Part shown: positions 44,006 to 53,584 of the stretch, piece by piece | How the letters are laid out: each line of letters starts with the position of its first letter | Position numbering within the stretch: the first letter of the stretch is position 1 | Origin: Aureliella sp. | Lineage (GTDB): Bacteria; Planctomycetota; Planctomycetia; Pirellulales; Pirellulaceae | Assembly: GCA_963691875.1 (NCBI GenBank) | Contig: OY829846.1 | Location: 1,632,001 to 1,696,000, forward strand | Direction: 5' to 3' | Length of the DNA stretch: 64,000 bases | The notes under the pieces: model-generated | Told to the model about the DNA's origin: nothing | The model's database searches: none | What the model saw: the letters and a program-made list of their open reading frames with translations, nothing else | Translations under genes and position numbers: made by a program

Positions 44006-44564
44006 CGGGGAGTGACATCTCATCAGAACTTAAGCTCTCGCAGCAAGTAGTCGCGTCCAAAGAGCTATCGAGTTCAGGATGCAGCATGAGTGCACATGGA
44101 CGACAAATGAGTTTGTCTGGCATGTTGAGAACGTAGACTGATGTCGCTTCCCACATAAGAGCTACAGGGTTGCTGTGTCTCAAAGAGACAAACTTTGCGG
44201 CGCGATGCACTTAGCATTCAGTCCGTTGCACCGGATCGTGATCCTGGCCTGACTTTTCTGAAAAAAACAGTTGTAATCTTGGCCGTATTCGCATAGTCCT
44301 GCAGCATAATCTCACGATGCTGTGTATCCATACATTTTGCAACGGGTCCGTGCAGGCCCTCAATGTTAAGGCGTGCATTCTCTTCTAGATGCGCCCCGTC
44401 GATCGTTGCAAGTCTTCGATCAATGAACATCTGAGTTCAGGAACAAGAAATAGTCAACTGATATGTTGATTTGTAGTCAAGAAGCAACGGGACTTATCAG
44501 AGTTATCGCAATTGTTTTCCATTGAGCTAGGAAGTCTTCCACCTTACAGCAACACGAAATCAAA

Positions 44565-46142
44565 CTACTCTTTTGGCTTCGCCGGATACCGACGAACCTT
44601 GACGTCGTTCCGTTGCTTTGGACCTGGAGTGCTTCGACCGCTGGTGATGAGTTCTTCCAAAAGCGTTTGCATCTCTTCGAGTTTCTCGGGCTGGGTTGCG
44701 GCAAGGTTTTGGGACTCACTGAGATCGGAAGAAAGATCGTAGAGTTGCAGTGGTTGGCTTTGGTCACCACCTTTACCCCAACCGCCAGAACCGGTTGCTG
44801 CGATGTACTTCCAGTTGTCCCGACGCACGCTGGGAACGCCTTTGATAGAACAACTAATTGAAGTGTTTCGGATTGGTTGGTCGGCGCCCTTCAACAATGG
44901 TAGGAAGCTGAAACTATCTTCGCCGGCATCATCAGGAAGCTCGGTACCGAGAATGTCCGCTATGGTCGCCAACAAGTCCGCTTGATGAACTAGTTGATCA
45001 CTTGTGGTTCCAGCACTAACCTTGCTCGGCCAACGGACGATAAACGGAACGCGATGTCCGCCTTCCCAAGCATCAGCTTTGTAGCCGCGTAATGGTCCAC
45101 TGGGAAAATGACCTTTCGTCTCCAACTCGCCAACGTTGATATACGGAGCACAACCGTTGTCGCTGGTGAAAAGTACTAAAGTGTTTTCACTTGCACCACT
45201 CTTTGCTAAGGCCTCGAGAACTTGCCCCACAATGTCATCGGTTTCCATGACGAAGTCTGCGTAAAGGTTCAGTCCACTCTTTCCCTTCCATGGCTCATTA
45301 ACCGAAAGCGGTGTGTGCGGAGACGTAAGCGGCAAATAGAGCAAGAAAGGCTCTGCTGTTTTGGCCTCGCGCTCGATAAACCCCGCAGCGCGATCTCCTA
45401 GGGCTGGCAAAATGGGCTCGAGCGCCCATCCTTTGATTGCTGGACCTTGTTGGCTAGCCTGATTCTGCATGAATAGCTTCGCATCGGCGTACTCGGAAGG
45501 AATGCCCACGGTGCGATCATTTTCGATGAAACAGTAGGGCGGCCAGTTGGGTACGTCCGTTCCAAAATACTCGTCGAATCCAACTGCAGTTGGCCCACCA
45601 GTAATGACTTGCGAGAAAGTTTCTTTCCATGCGAATCGGTGGTCTTTAGTAGCTTGCAGATCCTTCTTGCCGCCATATCCAGTGGTTCGAAAATACTTCA
45701 TCTTGTCCTTTGCGATGGGCCAGTCCCAGCCTAGGTGCCATTTACCGATACAAGCTGTCGTGTAGCCCTGCTGCTTCGCCAAGGTAGCGACCGTCATCCG
45801 ATCCGCCGAAATCAATGGCGGCCCCCAAAGCCCAACGATGCCGCTTTGCAAAAGACTGCGCCAGTGATAGCGGCCAGTTAGAATTGTATAGCGTGACGGT
45901 GAGCAAACTCCCGAAGAGGAGTGACCATCCGTGAATCGTATGCCTTGCTCGGCCAGGCGATCGATGTGTGGCGTCGGGATTTTCCCATGTTGCACGTTGT
46001 AGCAATGGACATCCCCGAAGCCTAGATCATCGGCATAAATTATTAGAATGTTTGGACGTTCAGCGAGGCAGCATTGCGTCCGTACTACTAGTGCCAGGAT
46101 GATGACCATAAGCTGGAGCAGAGGGAATGGTCGAAACTGCAT
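44565..46142 (-). CDS. Arylsulfatase (S1)
   Basis: PNILIIYADDLGFGD, CSPSRYTILTG, GKWHLG, FTSDNG, WEGGHRVP. Confidence 0.93.
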   Translation of the reverse strand: MQFRPFPLLQLMVIILALVVRTQCCLAERPNILIIYADDLGFGDVHCYNVQHGKIPTPHIDRLAEQGIRFTDGHSSSGVCSPSRYTILTGRYHWRSLLQSGIVGLWGPPLISADRMTVATLAKQQGYTTACIGKWHLGWDWPIAKDKMKYFRTTGYGGKKDLQATKDHRFAWKETFSQVITGGPTAVGFDEYFGTDVPNWPPYCFIENDRTVGIPSEYADAKLFMQNQASQQGPAIKGWALEPILPALGDRAAGFIEREAKTAEPFLLYLPLTSPHTPLSVNEPWKGKSGLNLYADFVMETDDIVGQVLEALAKSGASENTLVLFTSDNGCAPYINVGELETKGHFPSGPLRGYKADAWEGGHRVPFIVRWPSKVSAGTTSDQLVHQADLLATIADILGTELPDDAGEDSFSFLPLLKGADQPIRNTSISCSIKGVPSVRRDNWKYIAATGSGGWGKGGDQSQPLQLYDLSSDLSESQNLAATQPEKLEEMQTLLEELITSGRSTPGPKQRNDVKVRRYPAKPKE

Positions 46143-46643
46143 TTATGCAACCGAGAAGAAAAAGTTCATTTTTGCGTTTGCTTGGACTCCGTAGTATATC
46201 GCTTCGGAGCCAGAAGAGATCGCTGGCCAACTAGCCCCGCTTCAGTTTGCGGAGTGACGTCGCAACACGCCCCGTCAAACACAACGAGATATCGCCCTGA
46301 CGCGACATGAACTCCATCTACATCTCTAGACCTAACATATGCTTTCCAAGACGCAATTCTTCGCCCGTTTTGCTCTCTGGCACCGACCACTTGATAAGTC
46401 ATGTCAGCGTTCCGGAGGCCCTTGCCAATTCCACGTCCACCATGATGGGCGGCATCCGATTTTTACCCCAAACTTGAAATTGTTTCGATATGAACTTCTA
46501 TTTCGCAATGCTCAACACACGGCGAGATTCAGCTAATTTACGACACCGATTCGCCCTGGGCGCACAGTAAGTTGTCGGTGGGGCTCCACAAATTAGGTTA
46601 GAATTAGGTACTTAAGACTTGTTGAGCTATCAGGTAATCAAAA

Positions 46644-48005
46644 ATGTTGCGTTCTATCTTCCCAATCATTTCTCCATTCTTGCTCGTACCTCTGTGCATC
46701 ATGGATGCCGGTAACCTCGCGGCTGAAACGAAAAACGCGGGTCCGCCGCCAAGAGCAGAGCAACCTTCGTATGAAAAAGTGGCCAGTTCAGTGGCGACAA
46801 TGAAAGTGGAGGATGTAGCCTGGCGTAAAGTAAAATGGAGGACTTGTTTGCTGGAGGGGCTAAAGGCCTCAAGGAAGCAGGACAAGCCGATCATCTTGTG
46901 GATATTCATTGACCGTCCCATCGATGACGAACGTTGCTGAGTGTTCGCTTCAGCTGCCCGTGAGGTAGTTTTCTCAAATCCTGAAGTTGTGCGTCGCGTC
47001 AACAAGGAGTTCATTCCGGTGGCGCTCAAAGCGGCTATGGTCAATAGTCCGCCGGAAGGAACTGAAGGCAAATTGCTTGCTGAGATTGCACGATCTAGAC
47101 CAGCCCCTCAAGGAATCTGCACAGTCAACTCAAAAGGGAAAGTGCTTGCCTGGTCTTTGGGGTTTGAGAATAGGCAAAGCATTTTGGAGTTCCTTGATCA
47201 CGTCTCAGCTCGCTTTCAGCTTGTCCGCGATGCAACTTCAGATGTGACAGCGGAGCGTTATCAACGCTTCCCTACAATGAAACTACCTGATGTCCCAGAC
47301 TCGAACGTCGCAATTGAATTTCCGAACAAACATGGCCCATCGGAAAAATGCCCTCTCGCAGTCGAAATGGAAGAAGGAACATTGGATGGACGCGTCATCG
47401 GTCGTGCCTTAGACGAAGACGGAGAGCCAAGAGCGCGGACAGAGCTTCAAGAAAACTATATGGAAGCTCGAATTCAGATTCCCCGTGCTGTGCAAAGAGA
47501 ATTCCTTCGTGCGATGGATCACGCTATGGAGAAGAGCGGAAGCTTCACTGTCCCGGAAGCTTTTGCAGATGCCCTCGTAACGCCCAGCTATCTTGGTCAA
47601 CTGGATGTAGCACCTGCTGGTCATTTGCCTCGCTCCGTTAGCACGAAGTTTAAGATTGCGTTGGGTGGAGAAATTGTTAAGACCGATGAGTCAAACGTGA
47701 CTTTGGTTCGTATAGACGGGGATTCTGACCTGCGCGGCAAGAAAGATCCTCAGTTCGTCGCGCAGGATGGATGGAGCTGGTCGCACGATGTTGCACTAGA
47801 TTGGTATGGTTTTGTTCGTATCGAGAATGAGCAAATCACCGAAGTCGTCTTGACCGCCAAGGGCAATGAGCGACTCGTTTGGGAGCACACCAAGTTCAAG
47901 ATGTGGACCGAACCTGACCCGCAAAACATGATGGCAGGACACGGAATAGACTTTGATGGACGATCGATCTACGGCATTCGCCTTCAGCGACACATGGCAA
48001 AGTAG
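46644..48005 (+). CDS. Candidate selenoprotein (453 aa, Sec at UGA 46938-46940): exported thioredoxin-like protein with Cys-Sec motif, selenoprotein N-like
   Basis: ORFs 46644-46940 and 46941-48005 are contiguous and in frame; TGC-TGA sits at the Trx-like redox position (KPIILWIFIDRPIDDERC-U-VFASAAREVVFSNPEVVRRVNKEFIPVAL); SECIS-like hairpin downstream. Confidence 0.75.
46952..46970 (+). promoter_or_regulatory. Putative bacterial SECIS hairpin
   Basis: AGCUGCC-CGUGA-GGUAGUU 7-bp stem starting 11 nt after the UGA; G then U near the 5' side of the apical loop. Confidence 0.6.
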
Positions 48006-48355
48006 AGGTCTCGTTCGTTCCGGGCTCAATAAGCCTGATGTAAGAGCTGACGAAGCATGGGAAAGGTTTCTGAGAAACGTCTTTCCAAACTATCGCAAGT
48101 ATGCGGGAGCCTTCTCATTGCGCACGATCGTTAGCGTTGCAAACCCGGGTTTGCAATGCGGCTTCGGACCTTAGATTCATGTCTCGCCTCTGTACCGACC
48201 CATATTCGCTCCGCATCCTCGACAGAATCCAAAGGCACGACGCTCTAGCGATTGGGCGTCACCACACCAGTCATGAATCGCATCTCGCTGTGAAGAGCGC
48301 GCGTCACCACCGTGGGGCCATGCCACAAAATCTCTTCGCCAGCCGAATATTCGAC

Positions 48356-48682
48356 TCACAAGGAAACCTTGTAGCCGTATTCATCAAGGTGCAGAAAAGG
48401 CTTAGTTTCTGCCTGAGATCGGCTTTCATCTTCAGCTCTTATGTCACGTTGTTGAGCAGCACTCGCAACTTCTTGTTCTGGCGAGTTTGTTGCCTTTGCT
48501 GGTGCAATTTCGAGATCGTCAAAGATAAAGGGAAAGGAAATGAGGCCAGCTATCACAATTATTGTGTCAACGCCGCCGAAGAACAGAGCATTCTTGCTGG
48601 TACGAAAAGCTCGGCCGACTTCCGTGGCAGGCGTCCGCGCATCATTGGCAGTCTGCTGCTGCTCGGAATTAGGTATTTGCAC
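48356..48682 (-). CDS. Small hypothetical membrane protein (possibly a fragment)
   Basis: One hydrophobic segment; 108 aa; no recognised motif. Confidence 0.35.
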   Translation of the reverse strand: MQIPNSEQQQTANDARTPATEVGRAFRTSKNALFFGGVDTIIVIAGLISFPFIFDDLEIAPAKATNSPEQEVASAAQQRDIRAEDESRSQAETKPFLHLDEYGYKVSL

Positions 48683-48828
48683 TGCACCAGCACTGAGGGC
48701 AATTCATGCACTTGGCGAAGTGCTGCGGGCTAGCGCTGAGTTTTGGTTGACAACTACCGCAGGCAACTTGAATTGCAGTGGGCCTTACATTGGCTAAGGC
48801 GTTGACATGCTGTGTAGGTCGTGTCTTA

Positions 48829-48972
48829 GGGGATTCGCCAGAATTCCTGTTCGCAGAACGCGCCAGATCTGGTCAGGTAAGAAAACATTATTCTACATCG
48901 GTTCACGAAGCGGTGGCGTTGTTGGCTCGATACCGCTGCGATAGCGTCGGGAACTCGGGCGAATCCCAGTAC
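48829..48972. repeat. Inverted pair of REP-like family B units (REPIN/MITE-like)
   Basis: GGGATTCGCCAGAATTCC at about 48830-48847 and GGGAACTCGGGCGAATCCCAGTAC at about 48949-48972; same core as 8932-8990. Confidence 0.65.
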
Positions 48973-49751
48973 TAGAGCTCACGCAAGAATGAGATTGCGT
49001 TGGCTACGTCGGTCAAGCCACCATGTGCATTGGCTTCGACATGAAACCATCCGTCATAGCGTCGTTCTTCAAGGACGCCGAGCACTTCGGGAATCTCGGC
49101 CGAGCCTTGGCCCAGTGGCACCTCAAGCCCGCGGCCGCGAGCTAGATCGCGAACCCCATCACGGGCAATCATGGCGAGAGTCCACGAAGCACAGTCACGA
49201 ATCGATTCTTCGTCGAAGTGATCATTTACAATTAAGTTACCGGGATTGTAAGCCACACCGATTGCCTGCTCTGGCAAACTATCCAATAGACCAGTCAGCC
49301 TCTCCGCCGGTTCCGAACCAGTTTCGCAAGCCAACATTGCCCCGACATGAGCTCCGTGCCGAGCCAAGTCGGAAAGGCTGTTTTGGAGTTGAGTGTATGC
49401 AGGATGCTCGTTCTCTTCTGGAACCGCACCGACAGCGTTGATGACTACACTTGCACCGAGACTGTATGCAAAACTCATCGCCTTGCGAGTTGCATCCATC
49501 CGGCGGTCCAAATCGTCGAGAACATCGTAGCCGCGACGTGTTGGAAAACGGATCGCCGCGACTCGTAGATTCAAGTCGCTCATCATTTTTTTGAGCTGAC
49601 GCCGTCCCGTATCGCTCAGCTCGTCGGGCCTGAGCATGTTGCGCACGTCGATCTCAACGCCCTCTGCACCCAGCTGGGACGCAGTCTGTAAGGCTTGCTT
49701 GAAAGGTTGCCCCAGAGTAGACAGCGACAAAGCAATTTTCACGTTGGCCAA
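48972..49751 (-). CDS. Sugar phosphate isomerase/epimerase family TIM-barrel protein
   Basis: GAEGVEID, LACETG, DGVRD, EVPLGQGS..P...L....YDGW; TTG start with a purine-rich RBS-like sequence. Confidence 0.85.
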   Translation of the reverse strand: MANVKIALSLSTLGQPFKQALQTASQLGAEGVEIDVRNMLRPDELSDTGRRQLKKMMSDLNLRVAAIRFPTRRGYDVLDDLDRRMDATRKAMSFAYSLGASVVINAVGAVPEENEHPAYTQLQNSLSDLARHGAHVGAMLACETGSEPAERLTGLLDSLPEQAIGVAYNPGNLIVNDHFDEESIRDCASWTLAMIARDGVRDLARGRGLEVPLGQGSAEIPEVLGVLEERRYDGWFHVEANAHGGLTDVANAISFLREL

Positions 49752-49872
49752 GATATCTTCCTGTCAGCTACAAACTCGTTTTGAGAACAGTTTACGAGAC
49801 TAGCGTGGGAAGTTAAGTGCCTTGATTGGAAAATCTAGGCCGAGTTGTCGGCGTTGCACGCACTCAGAACAA

Positions 49873-50595
49873 CTAGAAACGCCAAAAATAATTCGTGGAC
49901 AGAATGTGGTTGTTGCGATCGTCAGCGCTGCGTCGACGAATGAACTGATTCAAATATCCAACTTCTAAGCGTGGGGCGTTGTCGCCTTGAAACTGCCAGC
50001 CCAATCCGACAAAGGCACGATTTTGAGACAGGCTTGCGTTTTGTCCCCAATCTGTCGAGTTCAGGTCGAAGAACGCCTCGTCCCAAATCGAAAAACTTAG
50101 CTGGTCGCAGATTGGCAGTGGCTTGAGCAGCTTGGCAAACTGGCGGTATCGCCAGCCGGTGTCGTTGCCCGTTTCAACGAATCTTTGCTCAAGACGGCTG
50201 CGAAGAGAAATTGTGCCACAATCAAATTTATTAGACCACGAAAGTTGTTGCCAGATTCGGCTTTCATCGAATACCGGGTTGCCACTCGCGGGCAAAGTGT
50301 TGATCCATCCATAGCCCAGCCAGACCGTTGCGTTGTCGCTGATCTGGTAGCCGACGCCTGGCCGTAGGATGCTCTGATTGAATCCGCCAGCATCGTCCAG
50401 GTATCGCAGGTGACCGTCGAACCACCACTTCACGTTCGAGTCGGCAATCCGTCCTTGAGCCAACGTGGCAAACCAAGAACCGAAATCATGAGTGGTTTGG
50501 GCCGAAGCAAAAGTTCCGGTCCAACTAGTAGCGACAAAAACAAGCAGAATAGCGAGCCGTTCAAATTGTTTTCTTGTCGATTTTCTGCGCAACAT
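49873..50595 (-). CDS. DUF2490 outer-membrane beta-barrel protein
   Basis: Signal peptide, LRPGVGY, ESRIWQQ, RSRLEQRF, QNRAFVGLG, EVGYLNQ; C-terminal Phe. Confidence 0.85.
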   Translation of the reverse strand: MLRRKSTRKQFERLAILLVFVATSWTGTFASAQTTHDFGSWFATLAQGRIADSNVKWWFDGHLRYLDDAGGFNQSILRPGVGYQISDNATVWLGYGWINTLPASGNPVFDESRIWQQLSWSNKFDCGTISLRSRLEQRFVETGNDTGWRYRQFAKLLKPLPICDQLSFSIWDEAFFDLNSTDWGQNASLSQNRAFVGLGWQFQGDNAPRLEVGYLNQFIRRRSADDRNNHILSTNYFWRF

Positions 50596-50816
50596 AGTTC
50601 GCTCCAGCAATCCATTGCTATCAAATTCGATCGGCGACTTCGCTATTCGCCTTCGCCGCCAAATATCGACAGAGGCCATGGATCCTTTCGAGGCGCAAAT
50701 CAGGCTGTGCCCAAAATTTCAAAGAATCTAACTCGAGCCGCTCGTACAACCAGACCTAGCACCCACCCGATGTGGAGGTTGTCGAGCAGATCAGAATTGC
50801 GGGATCGGGCATAAAA

Positions 50817-51818
50817 TTAGCGAGCGATTTCCGCGACAGACTCGCGAAGAACCAATTCGCCTTGAAATACTTTGGACGAGAAGTTGTTGCCTGCGATCAT
50901 TTCCAGCAAAGCTTTGGAAGCTTGAGATCCCATCTCTCGTGCTGGCTGACGTAGGGTTGTCAGTGGAGGGATCGTGAAAGACGTTTCCAGTTGATCGTCG
51001 AAACCAACTATGGAAACTTGCTCGGGAACCGCGACGTTATGATGGTGCAATGCGAGGCGCACCCCGAATGCGGTGAGGTCATTGGCAGCGACAACTGCTG
51101 TAAATTCCACTTTCTCAGTTAGCAAATTATCAACCGCAGCCATGCCTGATTCGGCTGAAAAATCACCTTGATACACCAAACGGGAATCTAGCTCGATTCC
51201 GTTGTCCCGTAGCGCTCGCTGGTAACCTTCGAAACGATCCGTTGCATCGCGATGATGCTCTAAGCCCCGAACGACTGCAATTTTACGATGGCCCTTGTCG
51301 ATTAGGTGCTTGGTGAGTTGATACGAACCAAGTTCATTGTCCATCGAGATACAGATGTTGCCGCGTCCAGAAAGCTGCCGAGCGACAATGACCGTGGGCA
51401 GATCACCGCAGAGGTCGGAAATCTCGTCGCCAGGCAAACTACCGCCAATCAACACGAGACCGTCAACACGCCTGCCCATGAGAGCCTGGATTGCCTCAAG
51501 CTCTTCTGCTGCTTGCCACCGGCCATCAGCAAAGATCGGCGAATAATCCGTTTCGTGCAGTTCGGCTACGACGCCCTGGGCGATCGTGTCATAGAAAGGA
51601 CTACCAATGAGCTGTGTCACGACACCGATCGTCATCGAGCGGCCACCGGCAAGACTGCTGGCGATCACATTGGGTTTGAATCCGAGCCGATCAATTGCCT
51701 TCAGAACGGCGGCTTTTTTCTCTGGATTGACAGCCGCGGTGCCGTTGAGCACGCGAGAAACTGTACTTTTCGAGACTTCAGCTACTCGAGCGATATCCTG
51801 GATGGTGGTTTTGCTCAT
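50817..51818 (-). CDS. LacI-family transcriptional regulator
   Basis: TIQDIARVAEVSKSTVSRVLN HTH, PNVIASSL hinge, VSIVGFDD, PPLTTLRQP. Confidence 0.95.
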   Translation of the reverse strand: MSKTTIQDIARVAEVSKSTVSRVLNGTAAVNPEKKAAVLKAIDRLGFKPNVIASSLAGGRSMTIGVVTQLIGSPFYDTIAQGVVAELHETDYSPIFADGRWQAAEELEAIQALMGRRVDGLVLIGGSLPGDEISDLCGDLPTVIVARQLSGRGNICISMDNELGSYQLTKHLIDKGHRKIAVVRGLEHHRDATDRFEGYQRALRDNGIELDSRLVYQGDFSAESGMAAVDNLLTEKVEFTAVVAANDLTAFGVRLALHHHNVAVPEQVSIVGFDDQLETSFTIPPLTTLRQPAREMGSQASKALLEMIAGNNFSSKVFQGELVLRESVAEIAR

Positions 51819-51920
51819 TTAGTCGGGCAATATTGCCTTAGTACGCGTTTGGGAGCTCTCAAAACCTAAGTCTACCATGGCGTTGCCATTTGGCGGTTCA
51901 ACTGCAACCGCGCACTCCCC

Positions 51921-52002
51921 GAGAAACCGCTTTCTCGCATCCACTACCAACGGATTACATGTTGAAAACGGCCTCAGAAACGCTATCATGAAAGCGGTTT
52001 CA
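51921..52002. promoter_or_regulatory. Two LacI-type operators (GAGAAACCGCTTTCTC at 51921-51936; TGAAAGCGGTTTCA at 51989-52002)
   Basis: Same 12-mer GAAACCGCTTTC in opposite orientations, pseudo-palindromic with a central CG, in the divergent promoter region. Confidence 0.75.
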
Positions 52003-52062
52003 AGCTCCATGTATGGCCTTGAAAGCCTTCGGTCACCTTTCCCCAGATTCCAAGCAACACGA

Positions 52063-53514
52063 ATGAGTAACTCCCCAGTAATTACACCTGTAGCTCAACC
52101 GGCAGAAGATCGGTTAGGGGCGGTTCAATTCGTCGCTTACGCTTGCGGCATGCTGGTAAACAACTTACAAGCCGCGGCTCTCCCCGCGATGATGGTCGTG
52201 CTCAACCTCGGATTGGGGCTGGATCCAGTTTGGGTCGGCGTCATCGGCTTCGTGCCGCGGATTTTCGACGCGGTTTCCGATCCTTTGATGGGATTCCTTT
52301 CCGATAACACGCGAACGCGTTGGGGGAGAAGAAGGCCATACATTTTTGCGGGCGCGGTCGTTTCCGGCCTAGTTTTTATAGGCATGTGGCAAATGCCACT
52401 TGGGTACTCTAAAGACTTTTACTTTTGGTTCTTCTTGGTTGCGCTGGTTACGTATTTCTTGACCTACACCATCTACGCGACCCCCTTCGTAGCATTCGGC
52501 TACGAAATGACTTCAGACTACCACCAACGGACTTGGCTCCACGCCTTCGCAAACTCGGTAGGACAACTCGCTTGGATCTTTACACCCTGGATCTGGGCGA
52601 TCATGTACCAGTTTGAAAACAAGGTACAGGGAGCCAGCATTCTCGGGATCTGTTTCGGCAGCGCGATTATTTTGCTAGGCATGATCCCCGCAATTTTCTG
52701 CCGAGAGAGAGTGGCCATTGACCAACAACGCTCATCCACCGAGTTGTCCGACATGTATAAGGTCATGGTGGAGTTTTTCCAGAACGTTTTCAAAACGCTC
52801 ACATGCCACCCTTTTGTAAAACTGTGCTTATCAACCTTCTTGGTCTTTAATGGCTACCAGCTTGGTGTTTCGTTTTCACTATACGTGATGATCTATTACA
52901 TCTATGGCGGGCAAGATGGTCCAGCCGGCGAGCTGAATGGCTGGTGGGGATCACTTACCGCCATTTGTACGATCGTGGTAATTCCTGCTACCGCTTTGAT
53001 CTCGCGTTTCATCGGTAAGAAAAAAACGTTCTTAGTAACGATTTCACTTTCGATTGTCGGCTATGCGATCAAATGGATCGGGTACAACCCAGACTACCCC
53101 TACTTGCTTCTGATATCTTGCCCCTTGGTTGCCTTTGGGACGGGCTCACTCTTCACTCTGATGGGCTCGATGATCTCAGATGTTTGCGACTACGACGAGC
53201 TGCAAACAGGTCAAAGACGCGAAGGCGTATTTGGTGCAATCTACTGGTGGATGGTCAAAGTAGGGATGGCTCTCGCGCTGTTGCTAACTGGCTACCTGCT
53301 CAACTATGCCGAATTTATTACTCCTGAGCCAGACGCTACAGAACCAGTGGTTCAATCTGTAAAGACTCTTCTCTTTTTGCGGATCTACGACGTGGTCATT
53401 CCAATTGCAACATCGCTGCTTGCACTGGGAATCATGTCGACTTACGAGATCTCTGAAACGCGAGCAAACGAGATTCGTGACGAGCTCGAAAATCGCCGTG
53501 GAAAACTTAGCTAG
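52063..53514 (+). CDS. GPH-family (MelB-like) glycoside:cation symporter
   Basis: RIFDAVSDPLMGFLSDNTRTRWGRRRPY, SMISDVCDYDELQTGQRREG motifs. Confidence 0.92.
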   Translation: MSNSPVITPVAQPAEDRLGAVQFVAYACGMLVNNLQAAALPAMMVVLNLGLGLDPVWVGVIGFVPRIFDAVSDPLMGFLSDNTRTRWGRRRPYIFAGAVVSGLVFIGMWQMPLGYSKDFYFWFFLVALVTYFLTYTIYATPFVAFGYEMTSDYHQRTWLHAFANSVGQLAWIFTPWIWAIMYQFENKVQGASILGICFGSAIILLGMIPAIFCRERVAIDQQRSSTELSDMYKVMVEFFQNVFKTLTCHPFVKLCLSTFLVFNGYQLGVSFSLYVMIYYIYGGQDGPAGELNGWWGSLTAICTIVVIPATALISRFIGKKKTFLVTISLSIVGYAIKWIGYNPDYPYLLLISCPLVAFGTGSLFTLMGSMISDVCDYDELQTGQRREGVFGAIYWWMVKVGMALALLLTGYLLNYAEFITPEPDATEPVVQSVKTLLFLRIYDVVIPIATSLLALGIMSTYEISETRANEIRDELENRRGKLS

Positions 53515-53584
53515 ATCCTCGCTGAGCTTTGTTCACTCTAAGCAAATCCAACTCGGAATTCTTTGACTAGGCACACAACAAAAT

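Noticed and set aside
48101..48733. 210-aa plus-strand ORF after the candidate selenoprotein
   Set aside because: Composition looks non-coding (Arg/Ser/His/Cys-rich, no motif) and it overlaps a more plausible minus-strand ORF.
48736..48751. CTGAGTTTTGGTTGAC as a possible att remnant of the tRNA-Gln anticodon arm
   Set aside because: Only about 8 contiguous matching bases, which is expected by chance.
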